Assembly (NCBI RefSeq): GCF_006345805.1
Contig: NC_043010.1
Location: 15,624,001-15,688,000, forward strand
DNA from: Octopus sinensis
Taxonomy: Eukaryota
Reading direction: 5' to 3'
Length of the DNA stretch: 64,000 nt
Of the stretch, positions 37,775 through 51,752 are shown piece by piece. Both the position numbers and the translations under genes were made by a program. The notes under the pieces are model-generated. The model did no database searches, had not been told where the DNA came from, and saw nothing but the letters and a program-made list of their open reading frames with translations. Every line of letters begins with the position of its first letter. The first letter of the stretch is position 1.

Positions 37775-37933
37775 GTAGATGACGGACGCGATGTACGAGT
37801 TCGCCACCTCCGCCCGACCTTTTAGGGGCAGTTTCCTCTCGGCCCATTGCCGGGCGAGAGTGACCACCCTACTCATTATCTCGTTCCAGTTCTTCTCCAT
37901 TTGGAGGTCCGGACCAAACCAGACCCCGAGCAA
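37775..37933 (-). pseudogene. Tx1/L1-clade LINE ORF2 fragment
   Basis: LGVWFGPDLQMEKNW..WAERKLPLKGRAEVANSYIASVIYYRLT. Confidence 0.75.
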
Positions 37934-38017
<84 letters not shown>

Positions 38018-38764
38018 GTAGGTACGTAGGTAGGTAGATAGGTAGGTAGGTAGGTAGGTAGGTAGGTAGGTAGGTAGGTAGGTAGGTAGGTAGGTAGGTA
38101 GGTAGGTAGGTAGGTAGGTAGGTAGGTAGGTGGGTAGAAGATAGATTGATAGATAGAAAGAGAGAGAGAAAGAGATGCTGAGTGCCATTTCTTCATTGAT
38201 CATGCGCACGCAGATGGCTCTTCTCTCCAGCTTTCGTCCGACAGGAACGTTCACAGATGTGGCGCTTATTTATCTTTTCAATATAAATGTACGACGGTGC
38301 GCGTGGCGGTTGTACCATCGCACGTGTAGCTCGATCTTTACCTGGCTCATGTGACTATTCCAACATGCATACGCACATACATATATAAACATGCATACAT
38401 ACACAAACACCTACTAATATACATACATACATACATACATACAGACGTACGTTCGTACGTACATACATAAATACATACGTACATACTTACATACACACAT
38501 ATATACATACATAACTACAGACATACATACATACGTACGTACATACATACATACATACATAACTACATACATACATACACACATACATACATAACTACAT
38601 ACATACATACATACATACATACATACGCACATGCATACATACATACATACATACATACATACATGCATGCATGCATGCATGCATACATACATACATACAT
38701 ACGCACATACATGCATACATACATACATACATACATACATACATACATACATAAAAGCATAAGG

Positions 38765-38965
38765 ATGAGGAGTTTGCGTATCCAGTGCCAAAGATACTTT
38801 CAGCATCGTACGTGTTATTTTTGAAGCAACAGGATACATACCGACCCGTCTGGAGCAAAGTATGCGATCTTGTGGAGAGAATTCAATCTTTAATTCATAC
38901 GCAACAAATTATTACGATATCTGGGACTCTAAAAACCTTCAAGACCTTCTTAAGATTCAGGGGAT
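38765..38965 (+). pseudogene. RLE-type LINE C-terminal fragment
   Basis: RVIFEATGYIP..QIITISGTLKTFKTFLRF*. Confidence 0.55.
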
Positions 38966-39215
38966 GATGGTTAGAACAGGATGCTTTCCTTCACAACTTT
39001 GCTACCAAATAGGTGGCTGGTCAAAATTTATTCTGAATTAAAAGGAGAAAGAAAAGGACATATATACATACACGCACGTACATATACATAATACACGTGA
39101 GTGGTAAGTAATTGGAAAAAATGTACTCGATACAAGCACCAGAGTAAAGTTATTAATTTAATTGTACCAACAGCTAACCGTTAGACACGGATATTATAAG
39201 GATTAAGTGCCTTAG

Positions 39216-39247
<32 letters not shown>

Positions 39248-40782
39248 TGTATGTATGTATATGTATGTATGCATATGTGTTTGTATGTATGCATGTATGT
39301 ATGTGTGTTTGTATGTATGCATGTATGTACCTATGTATCCATATATAGTTAAATATATATATGTATATATATGCATGTATGTATGTACATATATACATAT
39401 ATACGTTATTTATATAACAAATAATATATTATATAGGTATATACACACGCACATATATATATATAATATATATATATATTATATATATATATATACATAT
39501 GTGTGTGTGCGTGTATGCCTGTCTGTATCTGTGTGTAGATATGCACATATAAGTTTATGTGTGTGTGTGTATGTGTGTTTACGTGTGTGCGCGCGCACAT
39601 ATGTACTTTCGTCTTTGTGTACGACTGTGTATATTGTGTGTGTTATTAACCGTTCAGACACACAAAGATGGCGACATCGTTTGTTCAGATCTGATCCAGT
39701 GATATCGTATTAAACAATATAGACACGCGGATGTCAAGCACAGATTCACTTCTGACCTCGCGCATACATGCACGAAGATATATGTATGCATATGTGTGTG
39801 AATGCATGTGTATGTATGTATGTATGTATGTATGTATGTATGCATGCATGTATGTATGTATGCATGTATGTATGTATGTATGTACGTACGTATGTATGTA
39901 TGTATGTACGTATGTATGTACGTATGTATGTATGTATGTATGTATGTATGTATGTATGTATGTATGCATGTATGTATGCATATATGTATGCATATATGTA
40001 TGTATGTACGTACGTATGTATGTATGTATGTATGTGTGTGTATGTATGTATGTATGTGTGTATGTATGTATGTAGGTATGTATATTTGTATGTACGTACG
40101 TATGTATGTATGTATGTATGTATGTATGTATGTATGTATGTATGCATGTATGTATGTATGTGTGTATACATGCATGTATTTATGTATGTGGTTGTGTGAG
40201 CGTGTATGTATTTGTGTGAGTGTGTATGTTTATATGTATGTGTGTGTGTGTAAATGTGTGTGTGAATGTGTGCATGTATGTATGTGTGTGAGTGTGTATT
40301 TATGTATGTATGTGTTTGTGTCAGTGAGTATGTATGTGTAAATGTGCGTGTATGTATATGTGTTTGTGTTAGTATGTATGTATGTATGTATGTATGTATG
40401 TATGTACGTACGTATGTATGTATGTAGCTAGGTCCGAGGTGCATTCCAGATGTTTTGAGACTCTTTAGGAGAAGCAGTTATGTCTGTTTTAGAATACAGT
40501 AATTTTAGTATATCATTACTATGTATCAAATAAGCTGACCTGCCAAATTCTGTTATTCCAGGCTGAAGGACACTGCTGTAATAGCACTTTGAACACACCC
40601 TACTAAACACTGCTTGTCACAACATACTATTTTGCAAGATGCAGTCGGGAGGTGAAAACAATCCGGAAACGCGCTATGCAATAAAGTTTTGTCCTAAACT
40701 GGGCAAAAAAAATCGCCGTAGAAACGTATACAATTCTCCAGATTGGAGTGTGATTATATATATATATTTATTTAATATATAA

Positions 40783-40948
40783 ATGAGTGGCTGTGTGGTA
40801 AGTAGCTTGCTAACCAACCACATGGTTCCGGGTTCAGTCCCACTGCGTGGCATCTTGGGCAAGTGTCTTCTGCTATAGCCTCGAGCCGACCAAAGCCTTG
40901 TGAGTGGATTTGATAGACGGAAACTGAAAGAAGCCTGTCTTATATATG

Positions 40949-40981
<33 letters not shown>

Positions 40982-41197
40982 TTGTGTGTCTGTGTTTGTC
41001 CCCCTAGCATTGCTTGACAACCGATGCTGGTGTGTTTACGTCCCTATCACTTAGCGGTTCGGCAAAAGAGACCGATAGAATAAGTACTGGGCTTACAAAG
41101 AATAAGTCCCAGGGTCGATTTGCTCGACTAAGGGCGGTGCTCCAGCATGGCCGCAGTCAAATGACTGAAACAAGTAAAAGAGTAAAAGAGAGTAAGA
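40783..41197 (+). mobile_element. CORE-like SINE
   Basis: Family consensus. Confidence 0.9.
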
Positions 41198-41280
<83 letters not shown>

Positions 41281-41644
41281 TATATCATATATGCATATTC
41301 AGGCATATGTGTGTGTATAATTTCATATAAACGCTTGTACATGCGATAGTGTGTGATTTGCTTATGAATTAACTTATATGAGCCGGGCGTGTGTTTTTCA
41401 CTCGGTAGGAGGCCATGCAAAGTAAGTCCACCAAGAAACTCATGATGATCCCCTTTTCCCACAACAAGGGCATCATCTACGTCCACTAAATTCTTTCTAA
41501 CGTGAGAGTTAACAAAGAGAACTTTGTGGAAGTTTTGAGGGAGTTCAGGAAGGGATTTCGTCGCAAAGGCCAGAGCACCTGCTCCAGGACAATACACCAG
41601 TCTACAATTGCATCCTGATAAACAACTTAACAGAGATGGATATA

Positions 41645-41810
41645 GGCGCAGAAGTGGTTGTGTGGTAAGTAGCTTGCTTACCAACCACATGGTTCCGGGT
41701 TCAGTCCCACTGCGTGGCACCTTGGGCATGTGTCTTCTACTATAGCCTCGGGCCGACCAAAGCCTTGTGAGTGGATTTGGTAGACGGAAACTGAAAGAAG
41801 CCCGTCGTAC

Positions 41811-41881
<71 letters not shown>

Positions 41882-42119
41882 TGTGTGTCTGTGTATGTTT
41901 GTGTGTCTGTGTTTGTTCCCCACAGCATCGCTTGACAACCGATGCTGGTGTGTTTATGTCCCCGTCACTTAGCGGTTCGGCAAAAAAGAGACCGATAGAA
42001 TAAGTACTAGGCTTACAAAGAATAAGTCCCGGGGTCGATTTGTTCGACTAAAGGCGGTGCTCCAGCATGGCAGCAAGTCAAAGGACTGAAACAAGCAAAA
42101 GAGTAAAAAGAGTAAAGAG
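41645..42119 (+). mobile_element. CORE-like SINE
   Basis: Family consensus; splits the mariner ORF. Confidence 0.9.
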
Positions 42120-42244
42120 TATCAAAGCTGTCCCCTCACCCTTCCTAGTGTCCAGACTTTGCTCCCGGGGACTTATGGTTGTTCCCCAAGCTGAAAGAGA
42201 AGATGAAGGAGGCTATGACAAGAGTCCTGGACACTCGCCATGTT

Positions 42245-42430
42245 GGACCGTTTAACTCTGCACATTTTTTTCTCTCTCCGTTATTTTTTTTTCTCAATCC
42301 TTTCTGTCGAAGAGCATAGGCTGAAAACGTAAAAGACTTTTCCATTTTTCCCCAGCGTTAAACTAATATGCCTGCTTGTTGTTCCTACCCCTGTCTACGT
42401 CTTTTGTTTTCTGTAAATTTCAACTATATA
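42245..42430 (+). mobile_element. PLE-derived segment homologous to the 8491 tandem unit, with degenerate hammerhead at 42300-42335
   Basis: CTTT-CTGTCGA-A-GAGC-ATAG-GCT-GAAAAC-GTA-AAAG; shared aaactaata...ttttctgtaaattt. Confidence 0.7.
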
Positions 42431-42443
42431 TATATATATACAT

Positions 42444-42666
42444 ACTAACAGTATAACCCGGCTTTGCCCGGGATTAAGTTAGGATTATTAAGCTAATCAA
42501 GTTCTTAATTTCAAACCAAACTAAGTAACATCGACATCAAATTTGGGCAAAATCCGTTGAAATAGTTTTATATATATATATATATTGGCAACACATACAC
42601 ACACACACATACACACACGTACGTACGTACACCTATTGCACACATGTTTTTTGTACGCATACATGT

Positions 42667-42708
<42 letters not shown>

Positions 42709-43066
42709 TGTGTGTGTGTATTTTGCCCGTATAATCAACAAAACACTTTTTTCCTCGATGGGAAAGAAAACAACAAAAGTCTTAACAAAAACTTTCTCGT
42801 CGCTAGAAGGGGACTCAACTCCTGTTTGCAAACAATGGTGATTTCTCCTACTTGAAAATTGTTGAAAGTTTTGGTTGAAAATTTATTTTTACTGCTATTC
42901 GCTGGTGCCTCTGGGGAAAATAACTTGACGAAAATAAGCTAGGATCATGACGAATGTCCTCCTAAAATTGGAGCGACATGCGTGCTAATTTCTGGACGTG
43001 CATAAATTACATTCACGTACACACACACACACACACACACACGTCCTGCCTTTTATATATACAGAT
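42444..43066 (-). mobile_element. Helitron-like non-autonomous element (possibly two fragments)
   Basis: actaacagtataacccggctttgcccggg (hairpin, TTAG end); ttttatatatacagat (5' TC end). Confidence 0.5.
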
Positions 43067-43123
43067 ATATATATATATAAATGTTTCTTTCGTAATGAAA
43101 AAAGGGTGTGTAGATTTTAGAAC

Positions 43124-43180
43124 ATTTATAGATAGGTCTTACAGCTGTTTCCATGATATTTATTATATCCCTTCATCGGA
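43124..43180 (-). ncRNA. Degenerate PLE hammerhead
   Basis: GTTT-CCGATGA-A-GGGATA..TATCAT-G-GAAAC-AGCT-GTA-AGAC; palindromic ACAGCTGT. Confidence 0.45.
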
Positions 43181-44659
43181 AACGGTGTGAGAGGATGGTT
43201 AAGTAATAGTTAATTTAGATAAGATACAAAATAGAGAGTGAGGTGGAGGAGAGAAAATAGATGTGAGACGTGTAGGGATATTGTATTTGTAGATCCATTT
43301 TTTTTAGGCAGAATGTTATACATATAAGATTCCAATTTATGAGTAAAATCCAATAGTATCTAAAATTGGTCATTCCAAGTATAGAGTTTATACACAGTGT
43401 TGTTGAATCAAGGGTTTTATTTAAAGTGACCTAAAAGTAGGGAGTGTATTACTAGGGCCAAATCGAAAACAGGAAGAGAAGAATAAAGAAAGAGGAGAGG
43501 GAAAAGAGAGAAAAATGAGAAGAAAGTAAGTATGTATGTATGTATGTATGTATGTATTATGTATGTATGTATGTATGTATGTGTGTGTGTATGTATGTAT
43601 GTATGTATGTATGTATGTATGTATGTGGTTGGTATATACAACAAGTGCCCTGGAGTCAGGGGATCCCACTTTGAGGGAGATTAGCGTTTTGTACTTCCTT
43701 TCAAATTAATAAATGCTTTCTCCCGCAGAAGTCTCTAAACTTCTGGAATGCACCTTGTATGTCTGTCTATCTGTCTGTCTGTCCGTCTGTATGTTTGTAT
43801 GAAGTTCGTCGTATATGTGTGTATATCTTTTTGCTTGTATATTTTCCCGCCCCACTTCTTGAAAACTGATGTTAGTTTGTTTACGTCCCTGTAAGTTATC
43901 GGTTCAGTATAGGAAACAGTACAATAAGTACCAGACTTCAAAAAAAGAGTCCCAAGGTCGATTTGTTCGACTAAAACCGTTCGGGGCGGTGCTCCAGCAT
44001 GCCGCAGTCCAATCACTGAAGCAAGTAAAGGAAGAAAAAGAAAAACCATAATCACCAAAAGTCAAAGATCCGAAACAATCCTGTACAATTGTTCCCAGAA
44101 TCATCCTTTTTATTTTTAGCTCTTCCTTCGCTGAAACTTCTATATCTACAAGACGAATTTATCCATACTTTACTCACACTTAAAGAATTTGGTCTTTGTC
44201 TCTTGACTTCACCGACAACGAAAACAATGGTTCCAGGCTGTATCGAACCATGTTGGCGGCCCTTCCCTTGGAAGTATACTAGCGCGGTGAGGCCTCCTCA
44301 AAAACCTTACCCGGACCTACATACACAAGAGCAGATATATGAGATAAAGTCAAATTTGACTGATGCATTTCTTACATATGTGTATGTGTTTGTTTGTCTG
44401 TAAGTTTGTGTGTGGGTCTCTGTGTTTGTTTATGTATGTATGTCATACTTAATTTGTCAGTCAATTGTCTTGTGAATAATTATGAATAATATAAACGTTG
44501 TATCTATATAGATTATATTTCCGATTTCGTTCCATAATTTATATGTCGATTGTCTTACGAATAATATAAATATTGTTATGTATAATAGATTATGTCTTCT
44601 ATTTCGTTCCATAATTAAAGCATTAAATACGTCGACCTTTGCGGAATAATATTGATTTC

Positions 44660-45465
44660 ATATTTTGGCACAAAGCCAACAATTTCGGAGGAGGGGATAG
44701 ATCAATTACATCGAACCCAGTACGCAACTGGTACTTCATTTATCTACCCCAAAATGATGAAAGACAAAGTCGATCCCGGCGGCATTTGAATTCAGAAGGT
44801 AAAGTCGGAAGAAATGCAGCTGAGCATTTCATCCGGCACGGTAACGATTCTGTCAGCTCGCCGCCTTCCTTTGCAGAGTAATACTACAGATTACTCTAGT
44901 CGGTGAGCTGGCAGAAAGGTTAGCACGCCGGGCGAAATTCTTAGCGGTATTTCGTTCGTCTTTACGTTCTGAGTTCAAATTCCGCCGAGGTCGACTTTGT
45001 CTTTCATCCTTTCGGGGTCGATTAAATAAGTACCAGTTACGCACTGGGATCGATATAATCGACTTAATCCGTTTGTCTGTCCTTGTTTGTCCTCTCTGAG
45101 TTTAGCCCCTTGTGGGTAGTGAAGAAATAGGTATTTCGTCCTGAGTTCAAATTCCGCCGAGGTCGACTTTGCCTTTCATCTTTTCGGGGTCGATAAATGA
45201 AGTGCCAGGCCTTGTGCCTAGAGCAGAAAAGAATATTACAGATTACTATAAGGCAGCGAATAGGCAGAATCGTCAGCACGCCGGAGAAATGCTTAGCGGC
45301 ATTTAGTCCGTTTTTACATTCAGATTTTAAATTTTGTCGAGGTCGATTTTGCCTTTCATCCTTTCGTGCTTGATAAAATAAGTACCTGTTGAGCACTGGG
45401 GTCGATGTAATCGACTTTCCCACTCTTAAAATTGCTGGTCTTGTGCCAAAGTTTGAAACCAATAT
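44660..45465. mobile_element. Cluster of 4-5 Meta-domain-like SINE copies in mixed orientation
   Basis: Repeated GAGTTCAAATTCCGCCGAGGTCGACTTTG.CTTTCATC. Confidence 0.85.
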
Positions 45466-45502
45466 TACAGATTTCTATACATTATGCTGGAAAGAAAGTC
45501 CG

Positions 45503-45806
45503 TGTGGAGGCACGTGGCCTAGTGGTTAGAGCAGCAGACTCACGGTCGAGGGATCGCGGGTTCGAATCTCAGACCGGGCGATGTGTGTGTTTATGAGCGA
45601 AAACACCTAAGCTCTACGCGGCTCCGACAGAAGGTAACGGTGAACTTCTGCTGACTCTTTCGTCACATCTTTCTCTCACTCGTTCCTCCTGCATCTTGCA
45701 GCTCACCTGCGACGGACCGACGTCCCGTCCAGGTGGGGAACCTATACGCCAAGAAACCGGGAAACCGGCTCTTATGAGCCAGGCATAGCTCGAGAAGGAA
45801 CAAACA
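45503..45806 (+). mobile_element. tRNA-Arg-headed SINE
   Basis: Consensus; TSD aaagtccg. Confidence 0.9.
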
Positions 45807-45989
45807 AAGTCCGGCTGCATTTTTTTTTTTTTTGATGCGATCTCTTTAATGATACTTTTCAATACTCACGGTGGGTAAGTTTTACATTCTAATGTTGTTG
45901 TTTTTTTTTTGGGGGGGGGGGTTCTTCCTTTGTAGATTTCTGTATACCATAATTGTTTAACTCGTATCGATTGTACCTTTTAAAGCGAG

Positions 45990-47270
45990 TTTGTATCATA
46001 TCTTAATCAAACACTGCACGCTGTATGAATTCAAAAAGGACTCTTCAGCAATAAAAACGTTCTATCTATCGAAAAGAAGCTTTTCCGGAGATCCAATGAT
46101 GGCTTGGTCATGCTTCGCTCGGAAAATTTCTTTCTCGCCAGTTCCACTCGATCTAAGCGACCCAGTTCCGTCAATATTGAGCTTCTGAAAACCGTAGTTG
46201 AAGAACATCCAAACCAACCTGCATAAAAATTAGCAAAACAGTTTAATTAAAATCACACTTTGGTCATAAAACCCCTTCACGAATTAATAAAATGCCCAGC
46301 CTCAGTCAGTGAGTTCCTTGTTCTCTGACAGCTCCTCTTTATCAAAGAGTTGCCCTCTGCTCTTCATTGAAGAATAGACATGCTCCCAAACAGTTCTTTA
46401 GTGGGATAATCACAAGTGAAGAAAAGTGGGTTCTCTATTATAATATCCAACAAAAGCGGCAAAGTCTAGCACCCAATGAAAACGGAGAATCTATCCTCGA
46501 ACCAGGAATACACTGTTAAAAAGTTATGATCTGTGTTTCAATGGAGTACGAAAGGTATGGTTGGTTGGTTGTTCCTTCTCGAGCCATGCCTGGCTCATAA
46601 GGGCCGGTTTCCCGGATTCTTGGCGTATAGGTTCCTCACCTGGACGGGACGCCGGTCCGTCGCAGCTGAGCTGTAAGATACAGGAGGAAGGAGTGAGAGA
46701 AAGTTGTGGCGAAAGAGTCAGCAGAAGTTTCGCCATTACCTTCTGTCGGAGCAGCGTGGAGCTTAGGTATTTCGCTCATAAACACACACATCGCCCGATC
46801 TGAGATTCGAACCCGCGATCCCTCGACCGCGAGTCCGCTGCTCTAACCATTAGGCCATGTGCCTCCACAGTATGAAAGGTATCGTTTTTTACGAAGTGTT
46901 AAACCAAGATGAAACTGTTTATGCGGAGAAATATTGCCGTAAGTTGGAAGCATTAGATAAAATTTGCAGAAAATCGTCCATCTTCGATCACTCGTAAAGG
47001 ATTGTTGTTCTTACACGATAATGCAAGACCACATATCGCCCAAGTCACTCGAGCAAATATTATGACTCTAAATGTGAAAGTTTTACCTCATCTTCTTGAC
47101 CTTTGACCTTGACCTGTTGGACTATCATCTTTTCGGATAACTACAGCGTTTAATTAGAGGGATCGCAGTTCATTAATTGTGAAGTGGCTAAAAATTGATA
47201 TTGAGTGTTTTGTTTGCTTCTAAACCTCAAGAATTTTACACCTGAAGAATTAACAATTAACCAAATAGAT
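45990..47270 (+). mobile_element. mariner transposase relic interrupted by a SINE
   Basis: HCTLYEFKKDSSA; IITSEEKWVLYYN; KVMICV; LFLHDNARPH; DYHLF. Confidence 0.85.
46559..46868 (-). mobile_element. tRNA-Arg-headed SINE with 14-bp TSD
   Basis: TSD agtacgaaaggtat (46545-46558) / agtatgaaaggtat (46869-46882). Confidence 0.92.
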
Positions 47271-47449
47271 ATTAGAAATATTGAATTTCTAAATGTCTCA
47301 ATGAGACATGAGCGGTGGTGGAGCGATAGAGTGGTTGTATAAAGTCAACATAACGCGACAGTCACGTTGTGTTGACTTTATACAACCACTCCATCGCTCC
47401 ACCACCACTCATGTCTCGTTGAGACATTTAGAAATTCAATATTTCTAAT
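47271..47449. repeat. Foldback/MITE-like palindrome (85-bp arms, 9-nt loop)
   Basis: 47271-47355 is the reverse complement of 47365-47449 with few mismatches. Confidence 0.9.
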
Positions 47450-47534
47450 TACGGTGACCAGTGAATAGATTTCACTGTAAATAGATATTTTTGCAAAGGC
47501 TTGGTAAGTATCACCGCTGGCGGGGACACGCTAC

Positions 47535-47580
47535 CTTGAACTGATGACGGGCAATACCCAGAAACATGCATGTCTTCAGG
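47535..47580 (+). ncRNA. Type I hammerhead ribozyme
   Basis: CTTGAA-CTGATGA-CGGG-CAATA-CCCA-GAAAC-ATGCAT-GTC-TTCAGG; palindromic stem III ACATGCATGT; C.A mismatch at the base of stem II. Confidence 0.78.
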
Positions 47581-48998
47581 TTGCTAGTCCTAGCTGGTGG
47601 GGGTGCTTGCCTTCCCTTTGCAAATATAAGGACACAGGATATGTGTCAAAGCCGGCAGGAAGCGTCGATGCTTCCTAGGGCTAAATAGCGGTGGTGTAAT
47701 ACCCTCTACAGGACTGTCACAAATAGATATTATGCTACCAATAATGTGTAGAAATATTATCTTGATTAAGGCCAGTGAAACGTGTTTCTTTCCCATCATG
47801 ACAGGACTTTCGGTCCAACTTAATATATAAGTTATTACATGCACTGAGTTAATCTTGTGCATCCAACTGTTGCAAAGTGAATCGTGGAAATACATCGTGA
47901 TGTATTATTGGCGATGTGTGACCAGGTGGTTAAGAAATTCGCTTCGCAACCATGACATTCTGGGTTCGATCTCATTGTGTGACATCTTGTGCAAACGTCA
48001 TTTTTCTATAACCGCGGGTTGACTTACATCTTGCGAGTAAAACTGGATACAGGTGACACTCGTCGGACGAATTGTACCAGTAATTCAAAAAGAACACCCG
48101 TGTCAAACACCATCTCGCTGATTCTGACAAAGAATTGCTTTAAGACAACACGTCTATGAGGGAGATTTGACTTCTGTTTCTAGCAAGTCGAGTGGTTACG
48201 TGGAAGGGCCTCTCAATTTGTTTGGAGATTTTGTTGTCATTGAGCTTCACGTCACGTCTGCTTTGATCAGGGAAGCCAGAAATCAAATGCATTCCCACTG
48301 TGGCCGTACGGCGCATACCATTTTTCAAGAAGTGGTACATGTAGACCCATGTTAATCAATGTGTCCTTCCTTCCTTCATTCTTTTAAGACGGTTGGAGAT
48401 ATGATTGGAAGCATAGATTTGGTTGCTGTTTCTAGCGGGTGTGTAACGTCCTCGTAGCGCCTTCGTGCTGGAATTTCACCCTGACTCCGACAACTTGGCG
48501 ATTGAAACACATAAACAAGAGAAAACAGATAAAACTGATGTCAGTCCATTTTACCCGAATATTATTACTTGTAGAATGAGAGGAGGAAGAGAGGGAGGAG
48601 AAATCAAAAACAAAGACAAAATACTGCAAAATGAAACAAACCAAAAAAAAAAGAAAAGCCTTCTCTTTGTTTAGTAATGGGACTTTGGGGCACCATTTTG
48701 TCATGAGAAAACGCAAAGATGTGAACAGTTAAAGATGACAAATTTTGGCGATAAATGGGAAATTGTTGTCTAATTAATACAAAGAAGTAACAACAACAAC
48801 CTCAGTAATAATAATAATAATAATAATAATAACTACAACAACAACAACAATAACAATTTCAACAACAGCAGCAGCGCTCACCAAACTAAATAAACTTTGC
48901 ACCTTAACAAGAAACCAAACCGTTGAAAACTATAAAACTGGAGATTCGCTTGGAATTACGTGTAAGAATGTGTAATTATTTTCTTTATCTTATCTCTA

Positions 48999-49039
<41 letters not shown>

Positions 49040-49370
49040 TATATACATATATATATATATATTATATATATATATATATATATATGCATATATATATACA
49101 CACATATACATATATATATATATATATGTATATGTATGTGTATACATATAAAATAATATATATACATATATAAAATATGTAATCACTATATGCCTGTATA
49201 TGCATGTATATACATATGTGTGCATGTATATATGTCTGTATATACATAAATATATATATGCACATATATGTTTGTATGTATATTATGTATATATGCTTGT
49301 AACTGTATATGCAAGTTCATGGAGGCGTGATGTGTGTGTATACATATGTGTATATATATACACACACATT

Positions 49371-49451
<81 letters not shown>

Positions 49452-49663
49452 ATACATATATATACATATATATATATATGTATGCATGTTTATATGTATG
49501 TATGTGGTAGGTATATACATACATATGTACATATACATCATTATTATCATGATTATATAATTAAAACAGAATTTTATTTCATTTTATTTCCCTCTTTTTT
49601 TTAAAATTTTATCTGTTCCCTTTTCCTGTACAAAAAAAAAACAACAACATAAAATGGGAAGAA

Positions 49664-49699
<36 letters not shown>

Positions 49700-49903
49700 G
49701 AAGAGGGAAAGAGAGACAGCTAATCGACTTTTCGTCGCCAGCAGCATTTAATGCTATTTGCACGAAACCATCCTTATGAGGCACACTGTCGAAATTTAAT
49801 GCTATCTACACGGAGTCGCTTCTTATTAGGTCTAATGTCGAAATCAAATTAAATCCAGATTATGTCGGCTACTGAAAACAAAAGACAAGGAACTAAAAAA
49901 AAA

Positions 49904-49948
<45 letters not shown>

Positions 49949-49964
49949 AAAGATGTGGTAGTAG

Positions 49965-49965
49965 T

Positions 49966-50008
<43 letters not shown>

Positions 50009-50037
50009 GGTGGTGGTGGTGGTGGTGGTGGTAATGG

Positions 50038-50069
<32 letters not shown>

Positions 50070-50130
50070 ATGGGGATGTTGATGGTGACGACAACGATGA
50101 CGACGACAGTGACGGCGATGATGATGATGG

Positions 50131-50166
<36 letters not shown>

Positions 50167-50185
50167 CGACGATGACGATGATGAA
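49965..50185. repeat. Compound trinucleotide tract (TAG/TGG/TGC/TGA)
   Basis: Direct inspection. Confidence 0.95.
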
Positions 50186-51752
50186 TAACTATATTTCAGC
50201 AAAATTATACCATATTTCGTGATGCTGCATTTTGGCAATCTGATATTCTGTTTTAAGGAAACTTAAAACATTGGTTCTCGCCACTACACACACACACACA
50301 CACACACACACATGCACATCCGCACACATATATACCTACACACATAGTTATATACATACATACGTACGTACACATATAGCATTTTTAGTGGCGGCCATTT
50401 TTCAGGCACAAAGAGATTTGATAATTTAATTCCAATAATATTTGATAGATTTTGATGAATAAGTCATAATAAGGCCGCATTTGCTGAGTTCGAGATATAA
50501 ACGTTCCGATTATATACCCACGGGTACCTACTTCATTTACTCCTCAAACGATGAGAGGCAAGTCAAGCTAACACCAAGACACGACACAAAACACGTGAAG
50601 ATGTATTAGGTTGGTCTCCTATCGTCTTACAAATGGTCGTTTGTACTAAGATCAACTTTGCCTTTCTTCCTCTTGGGGGTCGATAAAAAAAAAGGACCAA
50701 TCCGGGATGTTGTATTTGCGGAGTCCTTCAGAACGTTGGATCGGATGCCTTGTGATATTTGTACGAGTCCTTTTTCATTCTGGGTTCTGGGTTCAAATTC
50801 CGCCATGGCCTAATAGGTTGGTAGACTTTATGTGACACCCGTTTTAACACCATCAGCTGGTACCCTGGCTACTTTTAGCAGAATCCGTTCTGTTTCAAGC
50901 ATTCAGATCAGGTCTCTGGTTGCGGATACCTTCTACCTTTCTCGCACCTGTCTTTGAGACCCTTTAACGGGTCATGGCCACTGAGTTCCCTCCTGATTTG
51001 AAAACATTAGGGAAAAAGAACTAACAGTTGAATCGCCTTCAGATTTTATTCGAAAATAGAATTATAGAAGGATCTTCCGTCACTTTCGACGATGACCTTT
51101 CCGGAGGTTCGATCAATTGAACGACCTAGGTGGCTGAATATTCCACAGACATATATATGTATGATAGTCTCTCGTAGTCTGAGAAAGACGAATCTGAAAT
51201 TTCTTGCTGAACAACCGGCACAAATGATTTCTTTATAGTTATCAAGTGTTTGCGCGGCACATTAGCTCACTACGGCCATACGTCAGTGTACCATACGTCA
51301 GGTGTCGAAGCGATCGCAGAGCAGCGTGAGATGAAGTGTTTTGCTCAAAAACTCAACACACCACCTAATCGAGGAACTGAAAACCACGCTCTTGTGATCA
51401 TGAATTCGACACCCTAGCCACTAAGCCATGTGCCTTCACACAGAAACTCGTGCCTTAATGTAATTCTCAGACACAATATGTGGCACGGATGGATCGTTGA
51501 TTTACAGGTACAATCCATTCAATAGTCATCTACCATGTTGGTCACTCTAACTTCATTCACAAGACTTGCATTTACATGTGGTCATGGTGTGTAAAAAAGC
51601 AACATTTGGTTAAGATGCTAAGCAATGGAATCGAACCCGAGATTTTATGAGTGCAGAACGAAGTTCTTCAACATTCAGTCATATCTGTATCCACTTAAAA
51701 AACGATGAATGTATCGGATAAAGTAACCATGATTATATTTTATATACCAGAA

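Larger units (their letters stand above)
40432..43759 (+). mobile_element. Deleted mariner element carrying nested insertions
   Basis: TIRs gaggtgcattccagatgttttgagac (40435) and gtctctaaacttctggaatgcaccttgta (43731-43759); transposase pieces RYAIKFCPKLGK, LQDNTPVYN, PDFAPGDLWLFPKLK, NKCPGVRGSHFEGD*. Confidence 0.75.

Noticed and set aside
39654-40444. Long ORFs (up to 232 aa) such as MHTYIHTY.../MYVCMYV...
   Set aside because: Translations of (TATG)n/(TACA)n, which lack stop codons in several frames. The same applies to most of the ORF track, including poly-I/N/M/D ORFs.
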